NCBI GenBank assembly: GCA_963675595.2
Contig: CAXXLZ010000001.1
Location: 704,001 to 768,000 of the forward strand
DNA: 64,000 nt
Direction of reading: 5' to 3'
Source of the DNA: Thermodesulfobacteriota bacterium
GTDB lineage: Bacteria; Desulfobacterota; Desulfarculia; JACQYL01
Shown: positions 52,635-62,028 of the stretch, in pieces
How the letters are laid out: each line of letters opens with the position of its first letter
Numbering within the stretch: position 1 is the first letter of the stretch
Made by a program: the position numbers and the translations under genes
Notes under the pieces: generated by a model
The model's database searches: none
Told to the model about the DNA's origin: nothing
The model's input: only the letters and a program-made list of their open reading frames with translations

Positions 52635-53717
52635 TTAAGGGCCCCCGGCATCGATATCCCTGGTCATGGACTCGACTTCGGAAACGAGGGCGTCTACCAG
52701 CTCGGCTTCCCCAATCTTCCGAATCCGTTCCCCCTTCTTGAACAGGATACCGATTCCTTTGCCTCCGGCGACACCCACGTCGGCTTCCCTGGCTTCGCCG
52801 GGACCGTTGACCACGCATCCCATAACCGCAACTTTCAACGGGGATCGGATGTGGGCCAATTTACGTTCCACGTCGTCGACGATGGACAAGAGGTCCACGC
52901 GGCACCGGCCGCAGGTGGGGCAGGAAACCAGTTCGACGCCTCTTTCACGAATACCCAGTGTTCGAAGAATCCCGTAAGCGACCCGCATTTCCTTAATCGG
53001 AGGGGCGGTCAAAGACACCCTGAAGGTGTCGCCGATGCCATCGGCAAGCAGCATTCCGATGCCGATGGAGGACTTGATCGTGCCTTCGGTCATGGAACCG
53101 GCCTCGGTGACCCCTAAATGGAGAGGCGCATCGGTCTTCTCGGAGAGCGCACGGTAGGCGTCCAGGGTGGTCCGAACATCCGATGATTTGATGGATATTT
53201 TGTAATCGGCAAACCCCCAATCTTCGAGCAGGGTCACCTGCCGGAGGGCGCTTTCCACCATTCGGTCCGCCAATGAACGCTCTTTTTGGGCCAGAAGGTC
53301 TTTTTCCAGGGAACCCGAGTTGACTCCGATCCTGACGGCGAGGCCGCGCTCTTTAGCTTTCCGGATGACCTTCTTAAGCCGGTCCGTTCCTCCCAGGTTG
53401 CCCGGATTAATGCGAAGTCCGTCGGCTCCCTGATCTGCGGCCAACAGTGCCAGGCGGTGGTCGAAATGGATGTCGGCGATGAGCGGGGCGGGTATACGCC
53501 GCTTGAGTGCCGGAAGCGCATAAGCCGCCGCCTCGTCGGGGACGGCCACGCGGATGATTTCACACCCGGCCTCAATCAGTTCGTTCGCCTGGGACGCGGT
53601 TGCTTCAACGTCGTCCGTAGGCGTGTTGGTCATGGACTGTACCACGATGGGTGCATCGCCGCCCACCGGGACGTCTCCCACTTGAATCAGACGTGTCTTC
53701 TTCCTGACGATGTTCAT
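52635..53717 (-). CDS. ispG: 4-hydroxy-3-methylbut-2-enyl diphosphate synthase
   Basis: VQSMTNT, ADIHF, RINPGN, HLGVTEAG, SCPTCGR, MGCVVNGPGEA. Confidence 0.97.
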   Translation of the reverse strand: MNIVRKKTRLIQVGDVPVGGDAPIVVQSMTNTPTDDVEATASQANELIEAGCEIIRVAVPDEAAAYALPALKRRIPAPLIADIHFDHRLALLAADQGADGLRINPGNLGGTDRLKKVIRKAKERGLAVRIGVNSGSLEKDLLAQKERSLADRMVESALRQVTLLEDWGFADYKISIKSSDVRTTLDAYRALSEKTDAPLHLGVTEAGSMTEGTIKSSIGIGMLLADGIGDTFRVSLTAPPIKEMRVAYGILRTLGIRERGVELVSCPTCGRCRVDLLSIVDDVERKLAHIRSPLKVAVMGCVVNGPGEAREADVGVAGGKGIGILFKKGERIRKIGEAELVDALVSEVESMTRDIDAGGP

Positions 53718-53839
53718 AAGTTTCACTATCTTATGGGCATGGAATTTTGTCAATGACAAGGATTCGGTCTTTAGGGCGACCTGGGGCATGAGGGGTTCGG
53801 CGATGCGGCCCGGACCTCGGTTATAACATCGGGTGTTTC

Positions 53840-53868
53840 TTGACCGTGAGGACCCCAATCCTTATTGT
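53840..53868 (+). promoter_or_regulatory. Putative sigma70 promoter of the rhodanese selenoprotein
   Basis: TTGACC-N17-TATTGT. Confidence 0.45.
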
Positions 53869-53938
53869 ACAAAATATTGTTCGGTTCGAGGTGAATACCT
53901 CGAAGTTTTTCAACTTTTAGTAGGGAGGTAACGCGTCT

Positions 53939-55300
53939 ATGGTTTCCTCATTCAGGAGGACCGGCCTTGCGCTCGTCGCGGTCGGGATTTTTTTCGGGTT
54001 CGGGCTCGGGGCCGTGCCGGCCAAAGCGGAACAGAACCTGCTTCTTAACGCCAAGTGCCTGAAATGCCATACGGAATTCAAGGAAATGAAGAACGTCATG
54101 GCAGGCGATTTCGAGAGCCGATCGAACAAGGCCATGTCGATCCAGGTGGATGTGGGTGAGCAATCCCAACTGGTCAAGTTCACCCCGGAGACCGAAGTGG
54201 TCCATGCGGAAAGCATCAAGGCTCTCAAAAAACCCATTCCTGTTCTGATCGAGTTTGAGCCGCGCGGTGAGGACCTCATAGCCACCAAAATCACGGCGAA
54301 ACCGGTGATCAAGGTTCCGGAAAATGAACAAGTGAGTGTGGAGGAAGTGGCCGCGCTTCCGACGAGATCTCCGAATTCTTACTTGCTGGTGGACTCCAGA
54401 CCGCCCATCCGTTACCAAGAGGGGCACATCCAGTCGGCGATCAGCATTCCTTTCCCAAAAATGCCTGAAATGATGGACAAACTTCCGCAGGACAAAGATC
54501 GGCTCGTGGTATTTTATTGCGGAGGATTCAGGTGAGTGCTTTCTCCCATGGCCGCCAGGTTGGCGGAAAAAAACGGGTACACCAATGTAAAGGTTTTCCA
54601 TGCCGGTATGCCTGCTTGGAGACAAGCGGGAAAGCCGGTCATAACGACTCGGAAATTCGTGAGCGATTTGTTGGGCTACATCGTGCTGATCGACACCAGG
54701 GGCGTTGAGGCCGCAAAGGCCGGGCACATCCAAGGTGCCGTCGCCATAGCGGCGAATGAGATCGTCGGTGAACGGGAACAATTTCCGGTGGATGCAAAAG
54801 CTCAGATCGTCCTTTACGGCGAACAGACCAACCTCGAAGAACTGGCCCCCATTGTGAAGGCGATCAGTAGTTGGGGGTACGGCAACGTATCGATTCTGGA
54901 CGGCGGGTATGAGGGCTGGCTTGCCGCCGACGGACCCATCCAGAAGGACATGGTGAGAACCAAGATCGTCTACTTCCCGCGCCCCCACCCCGGCGAGATC
55001 AGCGGGGACGAGTTTATGAACATTGTACGGAATCAACCCGAAGGCAAACAGATTCTCGATGTCAGAACTCAGGCCGAAACCGCGGGAGGCATGCTTCCGG
55101 GAGCCGTCAACATCCCGGTGGATCAGCTTCAGGCCCGTCTTAACGAGCTTCCCAAGGACAAAGAGATCATCCTCCATTGTCGTTCCGGGCTTCGGGCGGA
55201 AATGGGCTACAATATTCTGAGGAATGCCAAGTTTAAAGCCAGATTTCTGAATGATAAGGTGGAAATCCTGGAAAATCGTATCTTTTGTTGCTTCAAGTAA
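53939..55300 (+). CDS. Secreted monoheme c-type cytochrome / triple-rhodanese selenoprotein (453 aa, Sec199 at TGA 54533-54535)
   Basis: ORFs 53939..54535 and 54536..55300 are contiguous and in frame. The TGA falls inside a rhodanese domain at FYCGGFR-U-VLSP. Signal peptide, CLKCH, downstream SECIS-like hairpin. Confidence 0.85.
54536..54570 (+). promoter_or_regulatory. Bacterial SECIS-like hairpin
   Basis: CCGCCA-GGT-TGGCGG (54552-54566), G-containing apical loop 23 nt after the UGA. Confidence 0.65.
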
Positions 55301-55346
55301 CGGAACATGAGTGACGAGTTCCACGCGTTGGGGATTCGTCGGTCCT

Positions 55347-55384
55347 GCGCAAGGGGAGTCTTTGACTTCCCTTGCGCTTTTTTG
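55347..55384 (+). terminator. Intrinsic terminator after the selenoprotein gene
   Basis: GCGCAAGGGGAGTC-TTT-GACTTCCCTTGCGC followed by T7. Confidence 0.85.
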
Positions 55385-55614
55385 GGCACCGAAAAGCAAC
55401 GCCGTCCCGAGGACGGAATCATGTGTTGAAGCGTTTCATTGGATTCAAACCCGGACGACACCCGGTTGACGGGAAAAAAGAATTGATCTAAGGGCGAACA
55501 TAGGGGTACATCAATTGCTCGTATACCGGGAAGGCCCGGACGCGATGCCCGTTTCGGGAATATCCGGTTTCTATGGTGAGATAAGGCGTCTTTCGCAGCG
55601 ATGAGGAGAGCAGC

Positions 55615-56466
55615 ATGTGGGAATATACGGATAAGGTCAGAAAATACTTCGAATCACCCGTGAACGTGGGAGAAATCGAAAATCCGGACGGTGTGGGTGA
55701 GGTGGGCTCCATCGCGTGTGGGGACGCGCTCAAACTCACGTTCAAGTTGGGAGCGGACGGCAGGATCTCCGATGCCAAGTTCAAGACCTTCGGGTGTGCC
55801 AGCGCTATTGCGTCGTCGTCGGCTCTTACGGAAATGATCAAGGGAATGACCCTGGACGAAGCCGAGAAGGTCACCAACAAAGACATTGTGGACTATTTAG
55901 GGGGGCTTCCCAAAGAAAAGATGCATTGCTCGGTCATGGGCATGGAGGCTCTTCAGGCCGCCCTGGCCAATTACCGCGGAGAAGAAGTCAAAAAGGAAGA
56001 AGGGGAAATCGTCTGTAAGTGCTTCGGCATTACGGACCGGGAAATCGAGCGGGTGATCCGTGAGAACCACCTGACCACCAGAGAGGAAGTCACCAACTAC
56101 ACCAAGGCCGGCGGAGGGTGTGAGTCCTGCCACGACAAGATTCAGGAAATCGTGGACAGAGTGGTTGCGGAGGAAAAAGGAAAGAAGATCGAACTCAGAG
56201 CGGTGGAGAAGAAGGCCGGGAAGTTGACCAACCTTCAGAAGATCAAGCTCATCGAAGAAACCCTGGAACGCGAGATTAAACCCGCATTGCGCACCGACGG
56301 CGGGGACATCGAACTTATCGACGTCCAGGGGGACCGGGTTTTGGTGGCTCTTCGCGGCACTTGTTCATCTTGTGCTGCGGCCGAGGTGACCCTGAAGGGG
56401 TACGTCGAGTCCAAGCTGCGGGAGTTCGTAACCGATGAGCTGGTGGTCGAGGAGGTGAAGTCATGA
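55615..56466 (+). CDS. nifU: Fe-S cluster assembly protein NifU
   Basis: IscU-like N-domain (ACGD, FGCASA, KMHCS), BFD-like CKC...GCESC, Nfu domain DGGD...CSSC. Confidence 0.95.
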   Translation: MWEYTDKVRKYFESPVNVGEIENPDGVGEVGSIACGDALKLTFKLGADGRISDAKFKTFGCASAIASSSALTEMIKGMTLDEAEKVTNKDIVDYLGGLPKEKMHCSVMGMEALQAALANYRGEEVKKEEGEIVCKCFGITDREIERVIRENHLTTREEVTNYTKAGGGCESCHDKIQEIVDRVVAEEKGKKIELRAVEKKAGKLTNLQKIKLIEETLEREIKPALRTDGGDIELIDVQGDRVLVALRGTCSSCAAAEVTLKGYVESKLREFVTDELVVEEVKS

Positions 56467-57647
56467 ACCCGGTCTACATGGACAACAATGCCACGACCAG
56501 GACGGCTCCGGAAGTGGTCGAGACCATGCTTCCATACTTCACGGAGCTGTACGGGAATCCCTCGAGTATGCATTACTTCGGCGGACAGGTGGAAAAGGCC
56601 GTGAGAGGGGCGAGGGAAAAGATTGCGGCCTTGATCGGCGCCGACCCGGGTGAAATCGTGTTCACATCCTGCGGCACCGAAAGCGACAATACGGCCGTCT
56701 TGGGGACGTTGGAGTCCTATCCTGAAAAGCGGCACGTGGTCACCACTCGCGTTGAACACCCGGCGGTCAGGAACGTGGGGCATCATCTCCAGAAAAAAGG
56801 ATATCAGGTCACTGAATTGTCCGTGGATCGCGGGGGGGCGTTGGACCTCCGCCGGCTGGAGCAGGCAGTGACCTCGGACACCGCGGTTGTCAGCATCATG
56901 TGGGCCAACAATGAGACGGGCGTGGTTTTTCCCATCGAGGAAGCCGCGGCCATTGCCAAGTCCAAGGGTGCGGTCTTCCATACGGACGCGGTGCAGGCCG
57001 TGGGAAAGATCCCCATCGACCTCTCAAAATTGAGGGACGTGGACCTGTTGTCCCTTTCGGGCCACAAGCTGCACGCGCCCAAAGGGATCGGCGTGTTGTA
57101 CGTGCGCAAAGGAACCCGTTTGTCACCCTATATCATCGGTGGACACCAGGAAGGGGGACGCAGGGGCGGCACTGAAAACGTGCCTTACATCATCGGCTTG
57201 GGGAAGGCGGCGGAGCTGGCCGGGACGAGAATGGATGATGAGAATACGCGTGTGCGAGCCCTCCGGGACAAACTGGAAAAGGGCCTCATGGAGCGGATTC
57301 CCAACTCGATTCTCAATGGAGAAGGACAGGTCCGGCTTCCCAACACCTCCAACGTCAGCTTTGAATATGTGGAAGGTGAATCGATCCTGCTGCTCATGAG
57401 CAATCTGGGAATCTGTGCCTCATCGGGTTCGGCTTGCACGTCCGGCTCGCTGGAGCCCTCTCATGTTCTCAGAGCCATGGGGGTTCCTTTCACGGCCGCC
57501 CACGGCTCCATCCGGTTCTCTTTGAGCTATTACAACACGGAAGACGAAGTAGACTACGTCCTCGATCATCTTCCGGGAATCATTGAGAAGTTGCGGGACA
57601 TTTCTCCCTTCTGGTCGGACTACGTTCGGCAAAGCGTTGCCCGGTAG
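56463..57647 (+). CDS. nifS: Cysteine desulfurase NifS
   Basis: DNNATT, FTSCGTES, HTDAVQ, SGHKLH, SSGSACTS. Confidence 0.96.
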   Translation: MNPVYMDNNATTRTAPEVVETMLPYFTELYGNPSSMHYFGGQVEKAVRGAREKIAALIGADPGEIVFTSCGTESDNTAVLGTLESYPEKRHVVTTRVEHPAVRNVGHHLQKKGYQVTELSVDRGGALDLRRLEQAVTSDTAVVSIMWANNETGVVFPIEEAAAIAKSKGAVFHTDAVQAVGKIPIDLSKLRDVDLLSLSGHKLHAPKGIGVLYVRKGTRLSPYIIGGHQEGGRRGGTENVPYIIGLGKAAELAGTRMDDENTRVRALRDKLEKGLMERIPNSILNGEGQVRLPNTSNVSFEYVEGESILLLMSNLGICASSGSACTSGSLEPSHVLRAMGVPFTAAHGSIRFSLSYYNTEDEVDYVLDHLPGIIEKLRDISPFWSDYVRQSVAR

Positions 57648-57651
57648 CATC

Positions 57652-58578
57652 ATGGAACAGCGATTGGGCGCGTCCACGTGCTGGAGAGCCGCGGACCTGA
57701 ACGACGGCGAAGAACTGCTCGGGGCGATGGAACAACTGCCCCTGTCCGGGCTCGAACTGGAATACCGAACCACCGGCCCCATGTACCAGAAAATGAGGCC
57801 GATTCTTCGAAAGAACTATTTCCAGGTCCTTTCCATCCACAATTTCTTCCCTCTTCCTCATGGAGTGCCGAGGAACAAGGCGTCGGGAGACCTCTACAAT
57901 CTGGCTTCCTCGGACCGGGACGAGAGGGATCTGGCGGTCGGGCATCTCATTGGTACCATGGAAATCGCCAACGATCTGGAAGTGGACCGCGTGGTGGTTC
58001 ACGGCGGGTTCAACGAAGGACTGGAACGAGAAGTGAGCGATTTGAGAGAGGTCCGGGACCTGGGATTGTCCGACGTGAGGATGACGGAGACCCGGGACCG
58101 GCTTTTGGACAAACGCAGGCGGAACTCGAGCAGGTTTCTGGACCGGCTTCTAAAAAGCATCGACGAGTGTACCCGTACCGCGGAACGTCTGGGCGTTACT
58201 TTATGCATGGAAAACCGGTCCGATCCTCACCAACTTCCCGACCTGGAAGAGATGTGGCGAGTCTTCGAAGTGTTCGAGGGGGCCCCGGTGGGCTTCTGGT
58301 TGGACCTAGGTCACACGGTGAGGCAGGAAAGACTGGGGTTGTGCGACGTCGAGGATTGGCTGAAGTTTCCCGACGAAATGCTGAAGGGCATCCATGTGCA
58401 CGACTGCAAGGGATTCTCGGACCATCGGCCTCCCGGACAGGGAGACGCGGACCTGACCCGGTTTCGCTCCGTGTTGACCCGTTGCCCGGTGCTCATTTTC
58501 GAGATTGAGAAATCCTTTGAACGATCCATGTTCATCGATGCCGTCGCCTACGTCAAGAATGAGATTCTCAAACCCTGA
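57652..58578 (+). CDS. Sugar phosphate isomerase/epimerase-family TIM barrel
   Basis: SIHN, VVVHGG, MENR, DLGH, IHVHD, DHRPPG, IFE metal ligands. Confidence 0.85.
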   Translation: MEQRLGASTCWRAADLNDGEELLGAMEQLPLSGLELEYRTTGPMYQKMRPILRKNYFQVLSIHNFFPLPHGVPRNKASGDLYNLASSDRDERDLAVGHLIGTMEIANDLEVDRVVVHGGFNEGLEREVSDLREVRDLGLSDVRMTETRDRLLDKRRRNSSRFLDRLLKSIDECTRTAERLGVTLCMENRSDPHQLPDLEEMWRVFEVFEGAPVGFWLDLGHTVRQERLGLCDVEDWLKFPDEMLKGIHVHDCKGFSDHRPPGQGDADLTRFRSVLTRCPVLIFEIEKSFERSMFIDAVAYVKNEILKP

Positions 58579-58587
58579 AGGAAGCGG

Positions 58588-58974
58588 ATGAAACCGTTTG
58601 ACTGCAAAATGTGCGGGGAGTGCTGTCGCGGCGAAGGAGGCGTGTTCGTCACAGCCGAGGAACTCGAAAGGATATCCTCCTTTCTGCGAATGACCTCGGA
58701 AGCGTTCCTTGATCAGTATTGTGATCGTCGGAATGGAAAGATCTATCTGGCCACCGGAGACGACGGCGTGTGCCTCCTGTACGACCATGGATGCGGAATT
58801 CATCCGGTGAAACCGACTCCCTGCAGGCAATGGCCTTTTTTCGACGCCATGATGAAGGACCCGGCCAACCTCGAAGTGGCGAAACACAACTGTCCGGGCG
58901 TTGATCCGGACTGTACCTATGAGGAATTCCTGGCGCAGGGCCGGAAGCACCGGGCCTCCCTTGAAGAAGGTTGA
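58588..58974 (+). CDS. YkgJ-family cysteine cluster protein
   Basis: CKMCGECC, C...GCGIH..KP.PCRQWPF, CPG. Confidence 0.88.
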   Translation: MKPFDCKMCGECCRGEGGVFVTAEELERISSFLRMTSEAFLDQYCDRRNGKIYLATGDDGVCLLYDHGCGIHPVKPTPCRQWPFFDAMMKDPANLEVAKHNCPGVDPDCTYEEFLAQGRKHRASLEEG

Positions 58975-59038
58975 CCGCTTTCACCAAGGGCGGGAGAAAC
59001 CGCCGGAACGTGATTCTCTCCGCGCCCCCCCGAAGACG

Positions 59039-59824
59039 ATGCAATCACCCCTGACGCCCATCGTTTCGCCCGTTCTCGGCATATTGAAAAAGATACCGGA
59101 CCTCGGCCTGCTCGACTTCGTATTCCCGCGAAAATGCTATGGATGCCGGGTAGTTATCAGGAATTCCGACCCACTGTTCTGTACCGACTGCGCTCGGACT
59201 TTCCGTCGAGTGGAGCCTCCCCTTTGCACTTCCTGCGGCATTCCTTTCAAGGCCCGGGCGGGAGCGGACCATGTCTGCCCCGATTGCTCCGAGAAACCGC
59301 CGCTTTTCGATTTGGCGCGTTCCGCCATGGTTTACGAGGGGGCCGTGCGAAAAGCGATTCATAGGTTCAAGTATTCCGGTCATGTGTATCTCCACAAAGG
59401 GCTTGGAGACCTGTTGGCCGATTTCGCGGAGAGCATATACGAACGGGAACCCTGGGACACCGTGGTGCCCGTCCCTTTGCATCCATCCAAGCTTAGAGCC
59501 CGGGGGGTCAATCAGGCTCTCATGTTGGCTCGACGGGTGTCGAAGCGAATTCCCGCGCGAGTCCTGCCGGATTCCCTGGTGAGGGATCGAAGGACACCGG
59601 CGCAAACGGACCTTTCTCGTAAGGATCGGGCGCGAAACGTGCGAGGAGCCTTCCGGGTCGTGCGAACAAACTTGGCCTGCAACCGCGTCCTTCTGGTGGA
59701 CGATGTGATGACTACCGGCGCCACCATGCGTGAGTGCGCCAAAACCTTGAAAAGGGCCGGAGCGGAGTGCGTGGTTGCCGTCAGTCTCGCGCGCAGCGTC
59801 GAATGGCATTGGAGATGGGAATGA
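59039..59824 (+). CDS. comF: ComF family protein (double zinc ribbon plus PRTase)
   Basis: FPRKCYGC, further CxxC pairs, PVPLH, NQA, LLVDDVMTTGAT. Confidence 0.9.
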   Translation: MQSPLTPIVSPVLGILKKIPDLGLLDFVFPRKCYGCRVVIRNSDPLFCTDCARTFRRVEPPLCTSCGIPFKARAGADHVCPDCSEKPPLFDLARSAMVYEGAVRKAIHRFKYSGHVYLHKGLGDLLADFAESIYEREPWDTVVPVPLHPSKLRARGVNQALMLARRVSKRIPARVLPDSLVRDRRTPAQTDLSRKDRARNVRGAFRVVRTNLACNRVLLVDDVMTTGATMRECAKTLKRAGAECVVAVSLARSVEWHWRWE

Positions 59825-60312
59825 TATCCACTGCGGAAAAAATCATGGAAGGCAAGCGACTCACAGCCTTCTTGGACGACCGACGGGCATCGGGCGAAGG
59901 TATCGTATTTACCAATGGGTGTTTCGACATTATCCATGCCGGGCATGTGGACTATTTGGAGAAGGCCCGGAACCTGGGGGGGGCTTTGATCGTGGGGCTG
60001 AACACGGACCGCTCGGTGCGGGAGATCAAGGGCCCTACGCGACCCATCGTGCCTCAGGAACAAAGGGCGCGGGTGGTGGCCGCGTTGGCCTGTGTGGACT
60101 GCGTGACCCTGTTTGACGAGCCCGACCCGTTGAAACTCATCATGTCGGTTGGGCCCGACGTGCTGGTAAAGGGCGCGGACTGGCCTTTGGAGAAAATAGT
60201 GGGCGCGGATCGGGTCATGGCCGGGGGAGGCAGGGTGGAACGCATCGAGTTCACCACCGGTCTTTCGACTTCATCCATCATTGATCGAATTCGTCGTCTT
60301 TCCGAGAAATAG
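59821..60312 (+). CDS. rfaE2: D-glycero-beta-D-manno-heptose 1-phosphate adenylyltransferase (HldE domain II)
   Basis: VFTNGCFDIIHAGHV, GLNTD.SV..KG..RP, VKGADW, STSSII. Confidence 0.93.
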   Translation: MISTAEKIMEGKRLTAFLDDRRASGEGIVFTNGCFDIIHAGHVDYLEKARNLGGALIVGLNTDRSVREIKGPTRPIVPQEQRARVVAALACVDCVTLFDEPDPLKLIMSVGPDVLVKGADWPLEKIVGADRVMAGGGRVERIEFTTGLSTSSIIDRIRRLSEK

Positions 60313-60402
60313 CGGCGGGGAATCGGTATGCCGCGCCGTCTCTAGTCTCCCCGCCATTTTGTACGGTCGAGCCGCCGGCGATCCGGCCGTGCTCGGGAAG
60401 CG

Positions 60403-61209
60403 CTAACCGGTCGCACCCGCGGCCATGCTTTTGAGCACTTCCGCCTGCACCGTGTCCCACACCAGTTCCTTGAGTTCGATATACCTTTTGGAAAGTTGGA
60501 CGGAAGCGTTCCTGGGACGGGGCAAATCGTTTTCAATGTCCTGGGAAATTTGTCCGGGGCGGGCCGTCATGATGACGATTCGGGAAGACAACAGTAGGGC
60601 CTCGTCTATGGAATGGGTGATGAAAACCATGGTCTTGCCCTGTCTTTCCTGAATCCGGATCAGCTGTTCCTGCAGCACCTGGCGGGTCATGGCGTCCAAA
60701 GCGGCGAAGGGCTCGTCGAGCAGCATCACCCGGGGATCGTTGGCAAGCGCTCTGGCGATGGAGACTCTCTGTTTCATGCCGCCCGACAGCGTGTTGGGAT
60801 ACGAATCCTCGAATCCCTTCAAACCCACCAGTTCGATAAATCCTTCGGCCGTTTCGCTTCGTTCCTTCTTGGGAACCCTTTTCATCTTGAGGCCGAACTC
60901 GACGTTCTCCCGCACCGTCTTCCAGGGGAACAAGGCGTACTGCTGAAAAATCATGCCGCACTTGGGATGGATGCCCCGCACGGGCTCCCCTTTCAGAAAG
61001 ATTTCTCCGTGTGTGGGCCGTTCGAAGCCCGCCACCAGGTTGAGAAGGGTGGTCTTTCCGCATCCGGAGGCACCCACCACAACCACAAACTCCCCCGAAT
61101 GAATCGCCAGGTCCACGTTCCGAAGCGCTTCCACTTCTCCCCGATCCGTTCGAAAAGTCTTGGATAGCCCTCTGATTTCAATTTCCGGGGAGCCGTTCAT
61201 GACATCCAA
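60403..61209 (-). CDS. NitT/TauT-family ABC transporter ATP-binding protein
   Basis: GASGCGKT, LSGGMKQR, LLDEPFAALD, ITHSIDEA. Confidence 0.93.
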   Translation of the reverse strand: MDVMNGSPEIEIRGLSKTFRTDRGEVEALRNVDLAIHSGEFVVVVGASGCGKTTLLNLVAGFERPTHGEIFLKGEPVRGIHPKCGMIFQQYALFPWKTVRENVEFGLKMKRVPKKERSETAEGFIELVGLKGFEDSYPNTLSGGMKQRVSIARALANDPRVMLLDEPFAALDAMTRQVLQEQLIRIQERQGKTMVFITHSIDEALLLSSRIVIMTARPGQISQDIENDLPRPRNASVQLSKRYIELKELVWDTVQAEVLKSMAAGATG

Positions 61210-61964
61210 GGCAGCACCTTGCGTTCGATGCGTTTGAAGACCGCGTCGATGATCATGACGGTCAGGCTGATGAGCACCATGCCCAGCATGACCGTATCCG
61301 TCTGAAAATATTCCTTTCCGTTCATGATCATGAATCCCAGGCCGTTGCTCGCCGCCACCAATTCGGCCGAAATGACGCAGGTCCAGGCAATGCCCAGCAT
61401 GACCTTAAGCCCTGCGATGATCTGTGGTAGAGCGCCCGGCAGGATGACCTCCCTCATTACGTCCGCCCGTCCGGCTCCGAGGTTCTGCGCGGCTCTCACA
61501 AGCACCGGGTCCACACTCTTGGTGGCCTCGATCACATACAGCAATGAGGGAGCGAAAGAACCCATGAACACGATGGAATACTTCTGAGTTTCACTGATGC
61601 CCAACCAGAGAAGAGACAGTGGAATCCAGCTCATGGACGGCAAAGGCCTGAGCAGGGAGATGACAGGGTCGAAAATCGATAGAAAGAGTCTCGACGTACC
61701 CAGAAATATGCCGAAGGGAACCGCCGCCAAAGCGGCCGCGAGAAACCCCACCATGACTCTCCGGCAGGATGCCAGGATGTGGATCAGAAGCTCGCCTCGT
61801 TCCTGAAGAGCGATCGCCCGCAGCAGAACTCGAGAAGGGGAGGGAAGAAACACCGGTTCGATGAGGCCCAGTCTGCAAATCGCCTCCCACAGAAGCACCA
61901 TGCATACGAACGACACGGCGCTTATGAGAAGATAACGGGGACTTTTGTGCATGGGAGTAATCAT
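61197..61964 (-). CDS. NitT/TauT-family ABC transporter permease
   Basis: LPSPS, LRPLP, AAQNLGA, SAELVAA. Confidence 0.92.
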   Translation of the reverse strand: MITPMHKSPRYLLISAVSFVCMVLLWEAICRLGLIEPVFLPSPSRVLLRAIALQERGELLIHILASCRRVMVGFLAAALAAVPFGIFLGTSRLFLSIFDPVISLLRPLPSMSWIPLSLLWLGISETQKYSIVFMGSFAPSLLYVIEATKSVDPVLVRAAQNLGAGRADVMREVILPGALPQIIAGLKVMLGIAWTCVISAELVAASNGLGFMIMNGKEYFQTDTVMLGMVLISLTVMIIDAVFKRIERKVLPWMS

Positions 61965-62028
61965 AGGATTTCCGTCGGGGGATACTTGGGAGAACCGGCC
62001 TTCGGCGGATCCACTCTCGTGTGAACGG

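Noticed and set aside
54536-55300. Independent rhodanese gene or nonsense pseudogene
   Set aside because: Starts mid-domain with no RBS directly after an in-frame TGA at a Cys-like position with a SECIS-like hairpin; Sec read-through explains it better.
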